Positions 1 through 9,941 of a DNA stretch of 64,000 nt are shown here, one piece after another. Where the stretch lies: contig OY762721.1 of the NCBI GenBank assembly GCA_963666345.1, positions 1,184,001 through 1,248,000 of the forward strand. The letters are read 5' to 3'. How positions within the stretch are numbered: position 1 is the first letter of the stretch; every line of letters begins with the position of its first letter. The position numbers were made by a program, and so were the translations under genes. Source of the DNA: Desulfatiglandales bacterium. GTDB lineage: Bacteria > Desulfobacterota > DSM-4660 > Desulfatiglandales > Desulfatiglandaceae. The notes below the pieces were generated by a model. The model did not search any database. It was given only the letters and a program-made list of their open reading frames with translations, and was not told the DNA's origin.

Positions 1-2073
1 TACTCTCCGCAGATGTTCCTGCCTCACGAGGTTTCAAACGGCATATATGAACCGGTATTTCAGAGCGGGCAGGCCGCCGCCGTCTCCGCAACCGCCAGGA
101 GATTTCCCCTGCGGGCGAAGCAGAGCTCCATAGCCCCCTGGGACAGCATATACAGCAGGCTGGAGCAGTACGATCTTGAAAAGGGAATCGACCCTGAAAG
201 GGAATCGGAATTCCAGGCGCTCAAGCAGGAATTCACCAGGATGATGCTCGGCTGGAACCCGCGTTTCAACCGGCTGGCAGACAGATACTTCGAACTGGAA
301 GACCTCTATGCCATCAGGAACAGGATGATAGGCACCGGCAGGATCGGAGGCAAGGCGGCCGGCATGCTGGTGGCAAGACGCATCCTGCTCAAAAGCAGGG
401 GAAAGACATCATTTTCAGATGTCATGGAAGACCATGATTCCTTTTATATAGGATCGGATGTCTTTTTTACCTTTCTTGTCCAGAATAATCTTTTCAGACT
501 GAGGCTCAAGCTCTCAAGGAACTCCGACACCTCGCATGAAGAATTCGAGCAGGTGGAAAAAAACTTCCTGAAAGGTAACTTCCCCCAGGCGATTATGGAG
601 GAATTCGAGGGCATGCTCGAGTATTTCGGCCAGGCCCCCATCATCGTCAGATCAAGCAGCCTTCAGGAGGACAGCTTCGGCAACGCCTTTGCAGGCAAAT
701 ACAGGAGTGAATTCTGCCCTAATCAGGGTACCCTGGATGAAAGGCTCAAGGCGTTTCTGACCGCCGTCAAACTGGTTTATGCCAGCGCCCTGAGCCCTGA
801 TGCTCTTTCATACAGGAGAAGAAGAGGCCTTGGGGAAAGAGACGAACAGATGGCCATTCTGGTTCAGAGGGTCTCAGGCATGCCATACAGGAACTTTTTC
901 TTCCCGAGCCTTGCGGGTGTCGCGTTTTCAAAGAACCGGTATGCCTGGACCCACAGGATCGATTCCGGCAGGGGAGTAATAAGGCTGGTATTCGGCCTCG
1001 GGACCCGCGCCGTCAACCGTGTCGGGGACGACTATCCCCGGATGATCGCGGTGAGCCACCCCGGGCTGAGGCCTGAAACCGGCATGGAAATCGCCAAATA
1101 TTCCCAGCGCAAGATAGATCTCCTGGACCTCGTGGAAAACAGCTTTGAAACGCTTCCCATAGGCGAGGTCCTGAGCGGGGGCAACTACCCCAACCTGCAT
1201 ATGCTTATATCCATCCTGAAAGACGGTTACATGACGGAACCTTTCAAGACACTAGGCCCTGATTCAGGTGAAAAACTGATCCTGACCTTCAACAGGCTCA
1301 TCGGAAATACGGATTTCATCCGGATCATGGATGAGGCATTGCAGCGGCTTGAACACGCCTACGGCCAGCCGGTCGACACCGAGTTCACCGCATCCATCGA
1401 TAAAGACGGCAAAGTCAGGGTAAACATCCTTCAGTGCCGGCCGCTTTTGCTTCCCGGGCTTACCGGACCCGTAAAGCTTCCGCAGAAATTGAACGCCGAA
1501 AGGATACTGTTTAAATCAAAGAGGTTTATCAGCGGCGGGATGATTGAAAGGGTAAGATACATCATCTTCATCTCCCCCTATTCATACTCGGGGGTGGGGA
1601 ATCCCGACCTGAAAAAATCGGTCGGCAGGATAGTCGGACGGCTCAACAGAAATCCGAAGATCATAGAAGGAAAGGCCCTTCTGATAGGACCGGGCAGATG
1701 GGGCAGCAGCAACATCGATCTAGGAGTTAACGTCAGTTATGCCGACATAGACAACATGGCCGCGCTTGTGGAAATAGCGGGAGAGGACAGAGGGCATGTG
1801 CCGGAGGTATCTTACGGCACGCATTTTTTTCAGGATCTGGTGGAGGCCCGGATCATCTATCTGCCGCTTTATCCCGACGAACCCGATTCGATGTTCAATG
1901 CCGGTTTCTTCGATAAATCGGTAAACAGGATCAGGGATTTTACAGCTCATTATGAGGGACTAGAAGGGGTCGTCAAGGTGATAGACGTACCGGAGACCAC
2001 AGGCGGCGCCTATGCCGGCGTTGTAGCGGATCCTCAGACACACACCGCGATCTGCTTTCTTGAAAAAAACTAA
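1..2073 (+). CDS. PEP/pyruvate-binding (PPDK_N / PEP-synthase-like ATP-grasp) domain protein, 5' partial
   Basis: Frame is open from base 1 (TAC TCT CCG CAG ATG...). Motifs IGGKAAG, VRSSSLQEDS..AFAGKY, MAILVQ, FGLGT, DTEF, LQCRP are typical of the PPDK N-terminal domain family. Confidence 0.8.
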   Translation, partial: YSPQMFLPHEVSNGIYEPVFQSGQAAAVSATARRFPLRAKQSSIAPWDSIYSRLEQYDLEKGIDPERESEFQALKQEFTRMMLGWNPRFNRLADRYFELEDLYAIRNRMIGTGRIGGKAAGMLVARRILLKSRGKTSFSDVMEDHDSFYIGSDVFFTFLVQNNLFRLRLKLSRNSDTSHEEFEQVEKNFLKGNFPQAIMEEFEGMLEYFGQAPIIVRSSSLQEDSFGNAFAGKYRSEFCPNQGTLDERLKAFLTAVKLVYASALSPDALSYRRRRGLGERDEQMAILVQRVSGMPYRNFFFPSLAGVAFSKNRYAWTHRIDSGRGVIRLVFGLGTRAVNRVGDDYPRMIAVSHPGLRPETGMEIAKYSQRKIDLLDLVENSFETLPIGEVLSGGNYPNLHMLISILKDGYMTEPFKTLGPDSGEKLILTFNRLIGNTDFIRIMDEALQRLEHAYGQPVDTEFTASIDKDGKVRVNILQCRPLLLPGLTGPVKLPQKLNAERILFKSKRFISGGMIERVRYIIFISPYSYSGVGNPDLKKSVGRIVGRLNRNPKIIEGKALLIGPGRWGSSNIDLGVNVSYADIDNMAALVEIAGEDRGHVPEVSYGTHFFQDLVEARIIYLPLYPDEPDSMFNAGFFDKSVNRIRDFTAHYEGLEGVVKVIDVPETTGGAYAGVVADPQTHTAICFLEKN

Positions 2074-2248
2074 GGGGATCAGATCCCTGTTAATTGAAGT
2101 TCACCAGGCAAAGCAAGAGGATCATCTCCAACCGAGCATCTGCAGCCATTCTTGCCGGGAAGGCACGGATTGGTGGCCCGGTCCGTAAAAGCGGACTAGC
2201 ACCGGAAAGGCGATATTTGCCGTATTCCATCCGCAGGAGATTTAAAAG

Positions 2249-2872
2249 ATGGAAAAAGACATACAAGCAGGAATCAGAAACAGGGTCCTTGCGGTATCCG
2301 GCAGCCCGCGAAAGGGCGGCAATTCGGATATCCTCATGAAGGAACTGCTTGAAGGAGTGAAGGACCGGGGCATGTCATGTGAAGGCATCAATCTTACGGA
2401 TTATCACGTGCATCCGTGCGTCGGCTGCGAGGGCTGCAGAAAGACGGGCATGTGCGTCAAACTGAAAGACGGCATGCAGCTTCTTTATCCCAAAATAATC
2501 GAATCAAAAGGCCTCATATTGATATCACCTACTCATAATTACAATATAACCGCCTGGATGAAGGCGTTCATAGACAGGCTTTACTGCTTCTATGTTTTTT
2601 CCGACCAGCGCCCGAGAGGCTGGAAGAGCCGGCTGTCCGGTAAGGGTCGAAAGGCCGTTGTTGCAGCGGTATGCGAACAGGAAAGCCGCGAGGACATGGG
2701 TTTTACACTGGAGGCGATGAAAAGGCCCATATCCGCCCTCGGCTATGACGTAATCGACGAACTTGCCGTATTCGGGACATTTGACAGGGGAAAGGTTGCC
2801 AGGGACAAGTCCGTAATGAAAAAGGCGAGGGACCTCGGGGCGACCCTCGCCTCTTCCGTCGAACAGGCCTGA
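2249..2872 (+). CDS. Flavodoxin-like iron-sulfur flavoprotein (Isf / NADPH-dependent FMN reductase family)
   Basis: SGSPRKGGNS, compact CxxCxxCx5C motif (CVGCEGCRKTGMC), SPTHNYN, MKAFIDR. AGGAGA RBS upstream. Confidence 0.85.
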   Translation: MEKDIQAGIRNRVLAVSGSPRKGGNSDILMKELLEGVKDRGMSCEGINLTDYHVHPCVGCEGCRKTGMCVKLKDGMQLLYPKIIESKGLILISPTHNYNITAWMKAFIDRLYCFYVFSDQRPRGWKSRLSGKGRKAVVAAVCEQESREDMGFTLEAMKRPISALGYDVIDELAVFGTFDRGKVARDKSVMKKARDLGATLASSVEQA

Positions 2873-2882
2873 AACGGTATTT

Positions 2883-3800
2883 TCAGCTGTTATCCTCCGT
2901 CGGTCTGACCGACAGGACCGGACAGGGCGACTGCCTTATTACCCGGTCGGTATTCGAGCCGACAAAGAGCGTCTCCACCAGACCGCCACCCCTGGCGCCC
3001 AGCGCTATAAGATCTATATCATTTACCACGGCGTACTTGGTCAACTCTTCATGAGGCTGACCCGCCATAAGGGTCGTTTTAGGGACGCACCAGTTGCGGG
3101 CCTCTTCAGGTATCTGTTTTTCAAGTTTTTCCCTCAATTGACCGTGCAGATCCTTTTTGAGCTGATTTGAGGCCTCCCGGTCCGGCGTGATATAGTCCTT
3201 GTACACGGACGGTTCAACGACATGGACGAGATGAAGCTCCGCCTCAAACTCCTGAGCCAGGCTGACGGCATGCTTGAACGCAAGCGAGGAATACTGGGAA
3301 AAATCGCAGCCCACAAGGATCTTCTTGATGAGCCCTTCCGGCTGTTTCTCTTTTTCTTTTATATAATCAGGCCCTTTGACCACCAGCAGCGGACATGGAA
3401 GCACCCTCATAAGCCTTTCCGTCACGGATCCCAGAAGCAGCCGCTTAAGTCCCGATCGGCCGTGGTTTCCGCACACGACAAGATCAGCGCCGTTATCCTC
3501 GGCCATCCGCGTAATCTCATCGGCCGTATGGCCTATCGTTACAAGAGGTTCCCAGTCCACGGAACTGCTGTCTATTATCCCGTTTATATGTTCATAGGCA
3601 TAGCTCATGGAACGGTCGTGAAGCTCCACAGGATCAGGATTAGCCTCTCCATACATACCGGCGAACGGGACATCTATGACATGACAGACATAGACCTTGG
3701 CATCGAGTTCCTTTGCCAGGCTGACGCCGTATAATACGGCATTTCTGGAGAAATCTGAAAAATCGGTGGCACAGATAATCTTTCTGATTTGTACCCTCAT
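2883..3800 (-). CDS. Universal stress protein with tandem USP domains
   Basis: Two repeats of (I/L)xxxxDFS...G..G(x9)GS(V/N)T..(L/V)...PCP(L/V)L. AGGAGG RBS. Confidence 0.92.
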   Translation of the reverse strand: MRVQIRKIICATDFSDFSRNAVLYGVSLAKELDAKVYVCHVIDVPFAGMYGEANPDPVELHDRSMSYAYEHINGIIDSSSVDWEPLVTIGHTADEITRMAEDNGADLVVCGNHGRSGLKRLLLGSVTERLMRVLPCPLLVVKGPDYIKEKEKQPEGLIKKILVGCDFSQYSSLAFKHAVSLAQEFEAELHLVHVVEPSVYKDYITPDREASNQLKKDLHGQLREKLEKQIPEEARNWCVPKTTLMAGQPHEELTKYAVVNDIDLIALGARGGGLVETLFVGSNTDRVIRQSPCPVLSVRPTEDNS

Positions 3801-4034
3801 TATTCACGTCCTCCTTTGATCCTTAGTCTGCCTTTATTTTAGCAGAGACCAACCCGACATACAACTTCTCTTTTAAGGGCCCCTGTCCATTTTCTCATCC
3901 CTTTGGTTATTAACAGTCAAGCGCAGGCACACGGGGCTCTTTCCTTAAGGCCTTATACATCGGCGAGAAAGGCGTGAAAAGCGGGAAACGGCTCCACTAC
4001 CTTAACTTTTTAATCCTTTCAGCCTCAGCCGGGC

Positions 4035-4331
4035 CTAATCCGGTTCATAGTAGACCGGCTTTCTCATCTCCTTGAAAGAAAAATTATAAAACACATTGTA
4101 ACCGTTATAATCCAGCACCCTGAGATCATCGGACTGGTTCAGATCCCCCATTATCACCTTGAAATGATTTCCGTATTTCCCCCGGACAACCTCAAGGGCC
4201 AGCTCACAGGCGATAAATTTTCTTATCCCCTTTACCGTCAATTTATCCACAAGCTTCGGATCGGAAAAAGACCCGTAGGTTGTCAGAATCAGGATCGGTC
4301 CCGTCCCCGTAAAAATAATGCCTGCTTTCAT
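4035..4331 (-). CDS. Conserved hypothetical small cytosolic protein
   Basis: 98-aa ORF MKAGIIFTGTGPILILT...DLRVLDYNG with GGAGG RBS before the ATG at 4331. The upstream in-frame extension to 4415 looks non-coding. Confidence 0.7.
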   Translation of the reverse strand: MKAGIIFTGTGPILILTTYGSFSDPKLVDKLTVKGIRKFIACELALEVVRGKYGNHFKVIMGDLNQSDDLRVLDYNGYNVFYNFSFKEMRKPVYYEPD

Positions 4332-4646
4332 AACCGCCTCCTTTGCCGCACTCATCGCCTCCCTCAAACAGATCGGGGCGGGCTGCGACATTCCGGGTTT
4401 AAAAGAAATGGCCAACCGGACTCACACCCGGTTCACGCAGGCTCCTTTGGCAGACAAAATGCAGTAACAGGATCAGGGATGAAATATCACAGGGATTTCA
4501 AGGATAGGAACAGGATCTACCGGAAGGAATAAAGCTAAAGAACCTGCAGACTAATTATCCGGGGACAGGTTTATAGTCAACAGGTTCATTTAAACATGAC
4601 TCTTTTGATTTTTCAAGGTGTTTCATGCTTCAGTACAAACTGTGCA

Positions 4647-5336
4647 TCAGCTGTCAGAGGTAGCGTCGGGATCTCCTTCTTTTTTGAACAGGTGTCTGCT
4701 TATCTCACCCTCTATCAGATAAATGACCTCCTCCGCGATGTTTGTGGCATGATCTGCAATCCTTTCCAGGTGACGAGATACCGAAAGTAGATGTATGAGA
4801 TAGTCAGTCCTGTCCGGCTGGGACTTGATGGATTCAGTTATCTTTTCAAAAATATCCCTGTTCATGTCATCCACCTCGTCATCCTTGAGGCATATCTTGT
4901 ATGCAAGATCGACATCCATGTTCACAAGCGAATCCAGGCTGCTCTTAAGCATGGCCTGGGTCTTTTCGCCCATCTCGGAATAGTCTACAGGCACAGGGAC
5001 AGGCGGTTGTTTTGCAAAAAACACCACCCTTTCGGCGATATTTACCGCCTCGTCACCGATCCTCTCCAGGTCATTATTTATCTTGATAACCGCCGTTAAA
5101 AATCGAAGATCAACCGCCACAGGCTGGTAGAGGGCGAGGATCTTGAGACATTCCTCCTCCACCTCGACCTCATTATGGTCAATCTCCTTGTCGGATTCGA
5201 TTACTTTTAACGCGAGCTCCGCATCCCTCTCCTCAACCGCCCTCAGGGCCATGCGGACCCGTTCTTCAACCATTGCCCCAACCGTGAGCATCCTTCTTTT
5301 CAGCTTGTCAAGCTGAGTCTGAAAACGAATTGTCAT
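4647..5336 (-). CDS. phoU: Phosphate signalling protein PhoU
   Basis: QPVAVDLR, DLERIGD, LERIADHATNIAE motifs; follows pstB. Confidence 0.97.
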   Translation of the reverse strand: MTIRFQTQLDKLKRRMLTVGAMVEERVRMALRAVEERDAELALKVIESDKEIDHNEVEVEEECLKILALYQPVAVDLRFLTAVIKINNDLERIGDEAVNIAERVVFFAKQPPVPVPVDYSEMGEKTQAMLKSSLDSLVNMDVDLAYKICLKDDEVDDMNRDIFEKITESIKSQPDRTDYLIHLLSVSRHLERIADHATNIAEEVIYLIEGEISRHLFKKEGDPDATSDS

Positions 5337-5359
5337 TTGCTAAAACCTCTCTGTAATTG

Positions 5360-6121
5360 TTATCCGAAACGCCCTGTTATGTAGTCAGAAGTCTGCTGCA
5401 GTTTCGGTTTGGTAAAAATGGTCTCGGTCTGGTCCACCTCAATAAGCTTGCCGATGTAAAAAAACGCCGTGACATCGGACACCCTTGCCGCCTGCTGCAT
5501 GTTGTGCGTCACAATAATTATGGTATACAACTCCTTCAGTTGATGGATCAATTCCTCTATCTTCTGTGTGGCAATCGGATCAAGCGCGGACGCAGGCTCG
5601 TCCATCAGAACCACTTCAGGCTCAACCGCCAGGGCCCTGGCAATGCATAGCCTCTGCTGCTGTCCGCCTGAAAGCCCAAGCGCGGATTCATCCAGCCTGT
5701 CTTTCACCTCTTCCCACAGGGCTGCCTGCTTGAGGCTCTTTTCCACCTGATTTACCAAGTATGATTTGTCCCGAACCCCATTTACACGCATACCATAGGC
5801 CACATTTTCAAATATGCTCTTTGGAAAGGGATTCGGTTTTTGAAACACCATTCCCACATGACGTCTCAGGGTAACCACATCCACGTTGGGATCATATATA
5901 TCCTCACCTTCCAGCAGGACACTTCCTTCCACCCGACTGTAGGGGATAAGGTCATTCATCCTGTTAAGGCACCTCAGAAGGGTGCTTTTTCCGCAGCCCG
6001 AAGGGCCGATAAGGGCGGTAACCTCGTTCTTCTTGAAATCGAGGCTGATCTCATGGAGCGCATGAAAATCTCCATAATAGAAATTGAGGTTGTCCGCTTT
6101 CATCTTGATTTTGTTATCCAT
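5360..6121 (-). CDS. pstB: Phosphate ABC transporter ATPase
   Basis: [43 protein letters not shown]. Confidence 0.98.
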   Translation of the reverse strand: MDNKIKMKADNLNFYYGDFHALHEISLDFKKNEVTALIGPSGCGKSTLLRCLNRMNDLIPYSRVEGSVLLEGEDIYDPNVDVVTLRRHVGMVFQKPNPFPKSIFENVAYGMRVNGVRDKSYLVNQVEKSLKQAALWEEVKDRLDESALGLSGGQQQRLCIARALAVEPEVVLMDEPASALDPIATQKIEELIHQLKELYTIIIVTHNMQQAARVSDVTAFFYIGKLIEVDQTETIFTKPKLQQTSDYITGRFG

Positions 6122-6171
6122 AGAGAATCCTTAATCCTGCCGTAATGTCATTGGAAGTTGAGCATATGATA

Positions 6172-7128
6172 TCATTGTTTCCTACGCAGCTTGGCCCTGT
6201 ATAGGATGGCGATCAGATTGAGCCCCAGAACAAGCGCTATAAGCACAAGCGCGGTTCCATACTGCAGGTGCCTTGTGGCCTCTATCTCCGTGCCGGCCGT
6301 TGCAAGAACGTAAATATGATAAGGCAACGCCATTATCTCGTCAAACATAGAGGAAGGAAGCGAGGGGGTATAGTACACGGCAGCGGTAAACATAATCGGG
6401 GCGGTTTCACCCGCTGCCCTGCTTATCCCGAGGATCGCCCCGGTAAGCACACCGGGAAGAGCAGCCGGCAGCACTACCCTGTAGATGGTCTGCCATTTCG
6501 TAGCCCCCAGCCCTAGGGACGCCTCTCTGTATGTATCCGGAACCGCCCTTAAGGCCTCTTCCGTCGATCCTATTATAATCGGCAGACTCATGGCCGCAAG
6601 CGTAAGAGAACCGGCAAGGATGCTGACACCCATCTTGAGATAGACCACAAAAAAGGCAAGTCCGAAAAGCCCGAACACCACGGAAGGCACTCCTGCAAGG
6701 TTGTTTATCCCAAGCCTAATAATTCTGACCACCTTGCCGGCTCTGGCATACTCGTTGAGGTATATGGCGGACGCAACCCCGATCGGAAGGGCCACGATAA
6801 TGGCACCGAGGCTCAGACAAAGTGTTCCGACTATACAGGGAAGAATTCCACCTTTTGTCATGGAATCGACAGGAGCCTGCGTCAGAAACGTCCAGTTAAT
6901 GGCCCGCCATCCCCTTGAAAAAAGAAAATAGACAACGAATATGAGGGCTGAACCGTTTATAACAGCGGCTATCCGAAACATAGTAAACATGGTCGCCTGT
7001 GTGGCCTTTCTGCCTCTTGAAAGGGAACCATGCATGCCCCTGGGGGCACGCGTGCCATGCCCCATTTCTTCCCGACCTAGAAGGCCCTCACCTTTGGGCC
7101 TGTTTTCCACTGTTTCCGTCTCATTCAT
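6172..7128 (-). CDS. pstA: Phosphate ABC transporter permease PstA
   Basis: NLAGVPSVVFGLFG, REASLGLGATKWQT, RAAGETAP. Confidence 0.96.
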   Translation of the reverse strand: MNETETVENRPKGEGLLGREEMGHGTRAPRGMHGSLSRGRKATQATMFTMFRIAAVINGSALIFVVYFLFSRGWRAINWTFLTQAPVDSMTKGGILPCIVGTLCLSLGAIIVALPIGVASAIYLNEYARAGKVVRIIRLGINNLAGVPSVVFGLFGLAFFVVYLKMGVSILAGSLTLAAMSLPIIIGSTEEALRAVPDTYREASLGLGATKWQTIYRVVLPAALPGVLTGAILGISRAAGETAPIMFTAAVYYTPSLPSSMFDEIMALPYHIYVLATAGTEIEATRHLQYGTALVLIALVLGLNLIAILYRAKLRRKQ

Positions 7129-7221
7129 AATGGTTTTACCTGACTTAAAAATTAATCCGATTTCCTTATATAAATCCCTCTATACTGCAGGGCATTTTTC
7201 AAAAGTGCAGACGCCCGTTTC

Positions 7222-8133
7222 CTAAAGCGTTGCAGCACCCACCTGCCTGTATTTGTTGGAGATATATTCCGCCACCATATTAAAGAGAAGCGTAAAAAAG
7301 AAAAGCACTATGCCGGTGGCAAACAGCGCGTAATAGTGATCCCCCCTGAACGGGGCTTCGGCCATTTCCGCTGCTATGCTTGCCGGCATCGGCCTTACCG
7401 GATCAAATATGGAACCTGGTATCATTGCGGCCCCACCTGCAACCATCAGGACAACCATTGTCTCGCCGATAGCCCTGGACATGCCGAGTATGACTGCCGT
7501 ACAAATCCCTGATATGGACGCAGGAACGATTACCCTGGCTATTGTCTCCCACCTGGTAGCTCCCAGGGCCAGGGATGCCTCTTTAAGCTCTTTGGGAACG
7601 CTGAAAATGGCGTCTTCCGAGATGCTGCAAATTGTAGGAATTGACATAAAGGCAAGCATCAGGGAGGCATTAAAAAGGTTAAGCCCTGTCGGCACATCCA
7701 GAATCTCCTGAAGAAAGGGCGCCACTATCACCATTCCGAAAAAGCCTATCACCACGGAGGGAAGGGCTGCAAGAAGCTCCACAATAGGTTTGACCCACTC
7801 CCTCACCCTTGCTGAGGCGGCTTCCGCAAGATAGAGTGCGGTCAGGACGCCGAGAGGGATGGAAATAAAAGAAGATATAGCGGTAACAGTCAGAGAGCCT
7901 ATGATAAGGGCTAATATCCCGAATTCAGCCGGGTCATCGGTAGGGTACCAGTATTTGCCGAACAGGAAATCAGAGACGGAAACCTTTCCGAATATCGGCA
8001 CACCCTCAAAAAAGAGAAATACAACTATGAGCCCAAGTGTAAGTATAGATGCAAGGGCGATGATGAAAAAGGTGGATCTAATAAACATCTCCGCCCTTCT
8101 TCTACTTGCACCCTTTTTTTCAGCCTTTCCCAT
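7222..8133 (-). CDS. pstC: Phosphate ABC transporter permease PstC
   Basis: ELLAALPSVVIG, EASLALGATRWET, RAIGETMVVLMV. Confidence 0.96.
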   Translation of the reverse strand: MGKAEKKGASRRRAEMFIRSTFFIIALASILTLGLIVVFLFFEGVPIFGKVSVSDFLFGKYWYPTDDPAEFGILALIIGSLTVTAISSFISIPLGVLTALYLAEAASARVREWVKPIVELLAALPSVVIGFFGMVIVAPFLQEILDVPTGLNLFNASLMLAFMSIPTICSISEDAIFSVPKELKEASLALGATRWETIARVIVPASISGICTAVILGMSRAIGETMVVLMVAGGAAMIPGSIFDPVRPMPASIAAEMAEAPFRGDHYYALFATGIVLFFFTLLFNMVAEYISNKYRQVGAATL

Positions 8134-8217
8134 TTGATCTCCATGTATCTTTTGAAGCTTTACCTACCGGCAGTTTTATAAAGAACGGTCATAAATTTCA
8201 ATACTCTGTTTTAATTA

Positions 8218-8330
8218 GATGTTGCCTTCAGCTGTCAGGTATCAGCAAGTAGCCAACAAATTGATATCTCAAGAGTTTTACTGACTGCTGATAGCATGAG
8301 TCCATAAATCTTGATTTATGGATGAGCACT
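8218..8330. repeat. Copy 1 of a small repeat element with inverted heptamer arrays and a TCCATAAATC-TT-GATTTATGGA hairpin
   Basis: Aligns end to end with 55220-55346 (GATGTTGC...AAGTAGCCA...TTGATAT...GTTTTACTGAC...GCTGATAGC.TGAGTCCATAAATCTTGATTTATGGATGA.CAC). Confidence 0.85.
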
Positions 8331-8344
8331 AATTAGCCTTTGCG

Positions 8345-8389
8345 AAAAAAAGGCGCCTCCCCCCATCTAAAGGAGGAAAAACGCCTGTT
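8345..8389 (-). terminator. Intrinsic terminator/attenuator downstream of pstS
   Basis: Minus strand AGGCG..TCCTCCT / GGGGGGAGGCGCCT stem followed by a T7 run, 15 bp after the pstS stop. Confidence 0.7.
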
Positions 8390-8403
8390 TATTGTCCTAA
8401 TTG

Positions 8404-9222
8404 TTAGAAAAGGGGCACATAACCTGCATCTTTTACAAACTTCTGACCCTTTTCAGGATTGATTACATAATTTATAAAATTGGCTGTTACACCTTTGGGC
8501 CACCCGGGGGTAAACATAAAAAGCGGCCTGCTTACCGGATAGGTACCGTTCAGCGTGGTGTCTTCAGATCCAACGATATTATTTACCGTAAGGGCCTTTA
8601 CTGTTTTGTCCATGTAGCCCAGACCTATGTAACCGACCGCGTTCTTATTCTTTGCCACCGCCTGAACCACGGCTCCGTTTGATGCCTGGAGAAGGGCGCC
8701 CGGAAAGACCCTCGCCTTCTTGAGCACTTTGTTGTGCCAGACCTCATATGTCCCGGAAGAGGTATCGCGCGATATCACGACTACGGGCCTGTCATCGCCA
8801 CCTATCTCCTTCCAGTTCTTGACCTTTCCCTCATAGATATCCTTGAGCCGGGCCATGGTTATATTCTTTACCGGATTTTCAGGATGGACAACCGGTACTA
8901 TGCAGTCGTAGGCGACCGCAAATGGGACCGGGTACACACCTTTTTCAACGGCAAGCGTTACCTCTTTGCTCTTTATGAACCTTGAGCTGTCCGCGATATC
9001 CGTGCTTCCGTCGATAAGGGCCTTGATGCCGTTACCTGAACCGCCGCCCGAGATGGTTATCTTTACATCCGGGTTTTCCTTCATATACGCCTCAGACACC
9101 TTCTGGGCAATAGGAAGGACAGTGGTTGATCCCTTGATTACAAGGTTTTCTGCCAGTGCCGCGTTACCCACCATAAGAATGCCGGCAACAAGTCCGATAA
9201 AAGAAAAAAGCTTTGATTTCAT
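8404..9222 (-). CDS. pstS: Phosphate ABC transporter substrate-binding protein
   Basis: Signal peptide, GSTTV, GGGSGNG, SRDTSSGT, YPVSRPLF. Start placed at MKSK (GGAGA RBS). Confidence 0.95.
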   Translation of the reverse strand: MKSKLFSFIGLVAGILMVGNAALAENLVIKGSTTVLPIAQKVSEAYMKENPDVKITISGGGSGNGIKALIDGSTDIADSSRFIKSKEVTLAVEKGVYPVPFAVAYDCIVPVVHPENPVKNITMARLKDIYEGKVKNWKEIGGDDRPVVVISRDTSSGTYEVWHNKVLKKARVFPGALLQASNGAVVQAVAKNKNAVGYIGLGYMDKTVKALTVNNIVGSEDTTLNGTYPVSRPLFMFTPGWPKGVTANFINYVINPEKGQKFVKDAGYVPLF

Positions 9223-9311
9223 ATTCTCCTCCAGATTTTTCAAATTAGTGGTTAAAAAAATTGGTTCCGCCATCAGACTGCTTAAACTCACAACTCAAAG
9301 ACAGGAAGAAT

Positions 9312-9363
9312 TTAAGAAAGGTTTGTTAGGGTTATGTTAGGGAGCAATTAGGATTAAATGAAA
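9312..9363 (-). promoter_or_regulatory. Pho-box-like direct repeats upstream of pstS
   Basis: TTAGG (CCTAA on the coding strand) at 9326, 9337 and 9348, an exact 11-bp period as expected for PhoB/PhoP boxes. Confidence 0.65.
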
Positions 9364-9626
9364 TCAAAAGGTTAAAGGATTTTACTTAGCGCCCCGAATT
9401 TGTCATCCCGGTGCTCACAAGGCACCAAATCACCCTCAAAAAGACAATCCATCCCCTGAGGTTTTGTCTCCGTTGATCAGTCTGAAATCATGCAAATAAC
9501 CTTATAACGGGCTCCGATGCCGTAGGGAAAAGGCAGAGGCCGCGCCCCCGGCAAGAAGGGCCATGACCTTTATCTATCTGATTTCAAGGGAGGTGAGGCG
9601 GATGAACTGAAGGAGGGGGAGGGGAA

Positions 9627-9893
9627 TCAATTCAGGTCAGTGGCATCCACAACCGGATGTCTTATACCGTACAGCATCTTGTTTATATCGAAATTTTTCT
9701 TTAACCACTCCTGTATCCTGCTGTCCAGCTCCTTTGGCATTCCTTTTCCCAGGACCTTGAATTCACTCCTGTTCTCCAGCCTGTTATAAAGGAACATGAC
9801 CCTTGTGGAGACATTGCCGTGGAAGCCGGTCGCCTCAGGATTTATAAGCTCAAATATCGTACAGAATTTATCAATATCTCTGCTTTCACACAT
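9627..9893 (-). CDS. Hypothetical protein (88 aa)
   Basis: ORF with GGAGAG RBS directly after the acyltransferase gene; no recognised motif. Confidence 0.55.
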   Translation of the reverse strand: MCESRDIDKFCTIFELINPEATGFHGNVSTRVMFLYNRLENRSEFKVLGKGMPKELDSRIQEWLKKNFDINKMLYGIRHPVVDATDLN

Positions 9894-9941
9894 TTTTTTC
9901 TCTCCATTTTTCAATTTCTCATCAATTGTCACGGCCTGCTG

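Noticed and set aside
9385..9620. Structured ncRNA between the orphan gene and pstS
   Set aside because: Only short GC-rich hairpins; I could not match a known family.
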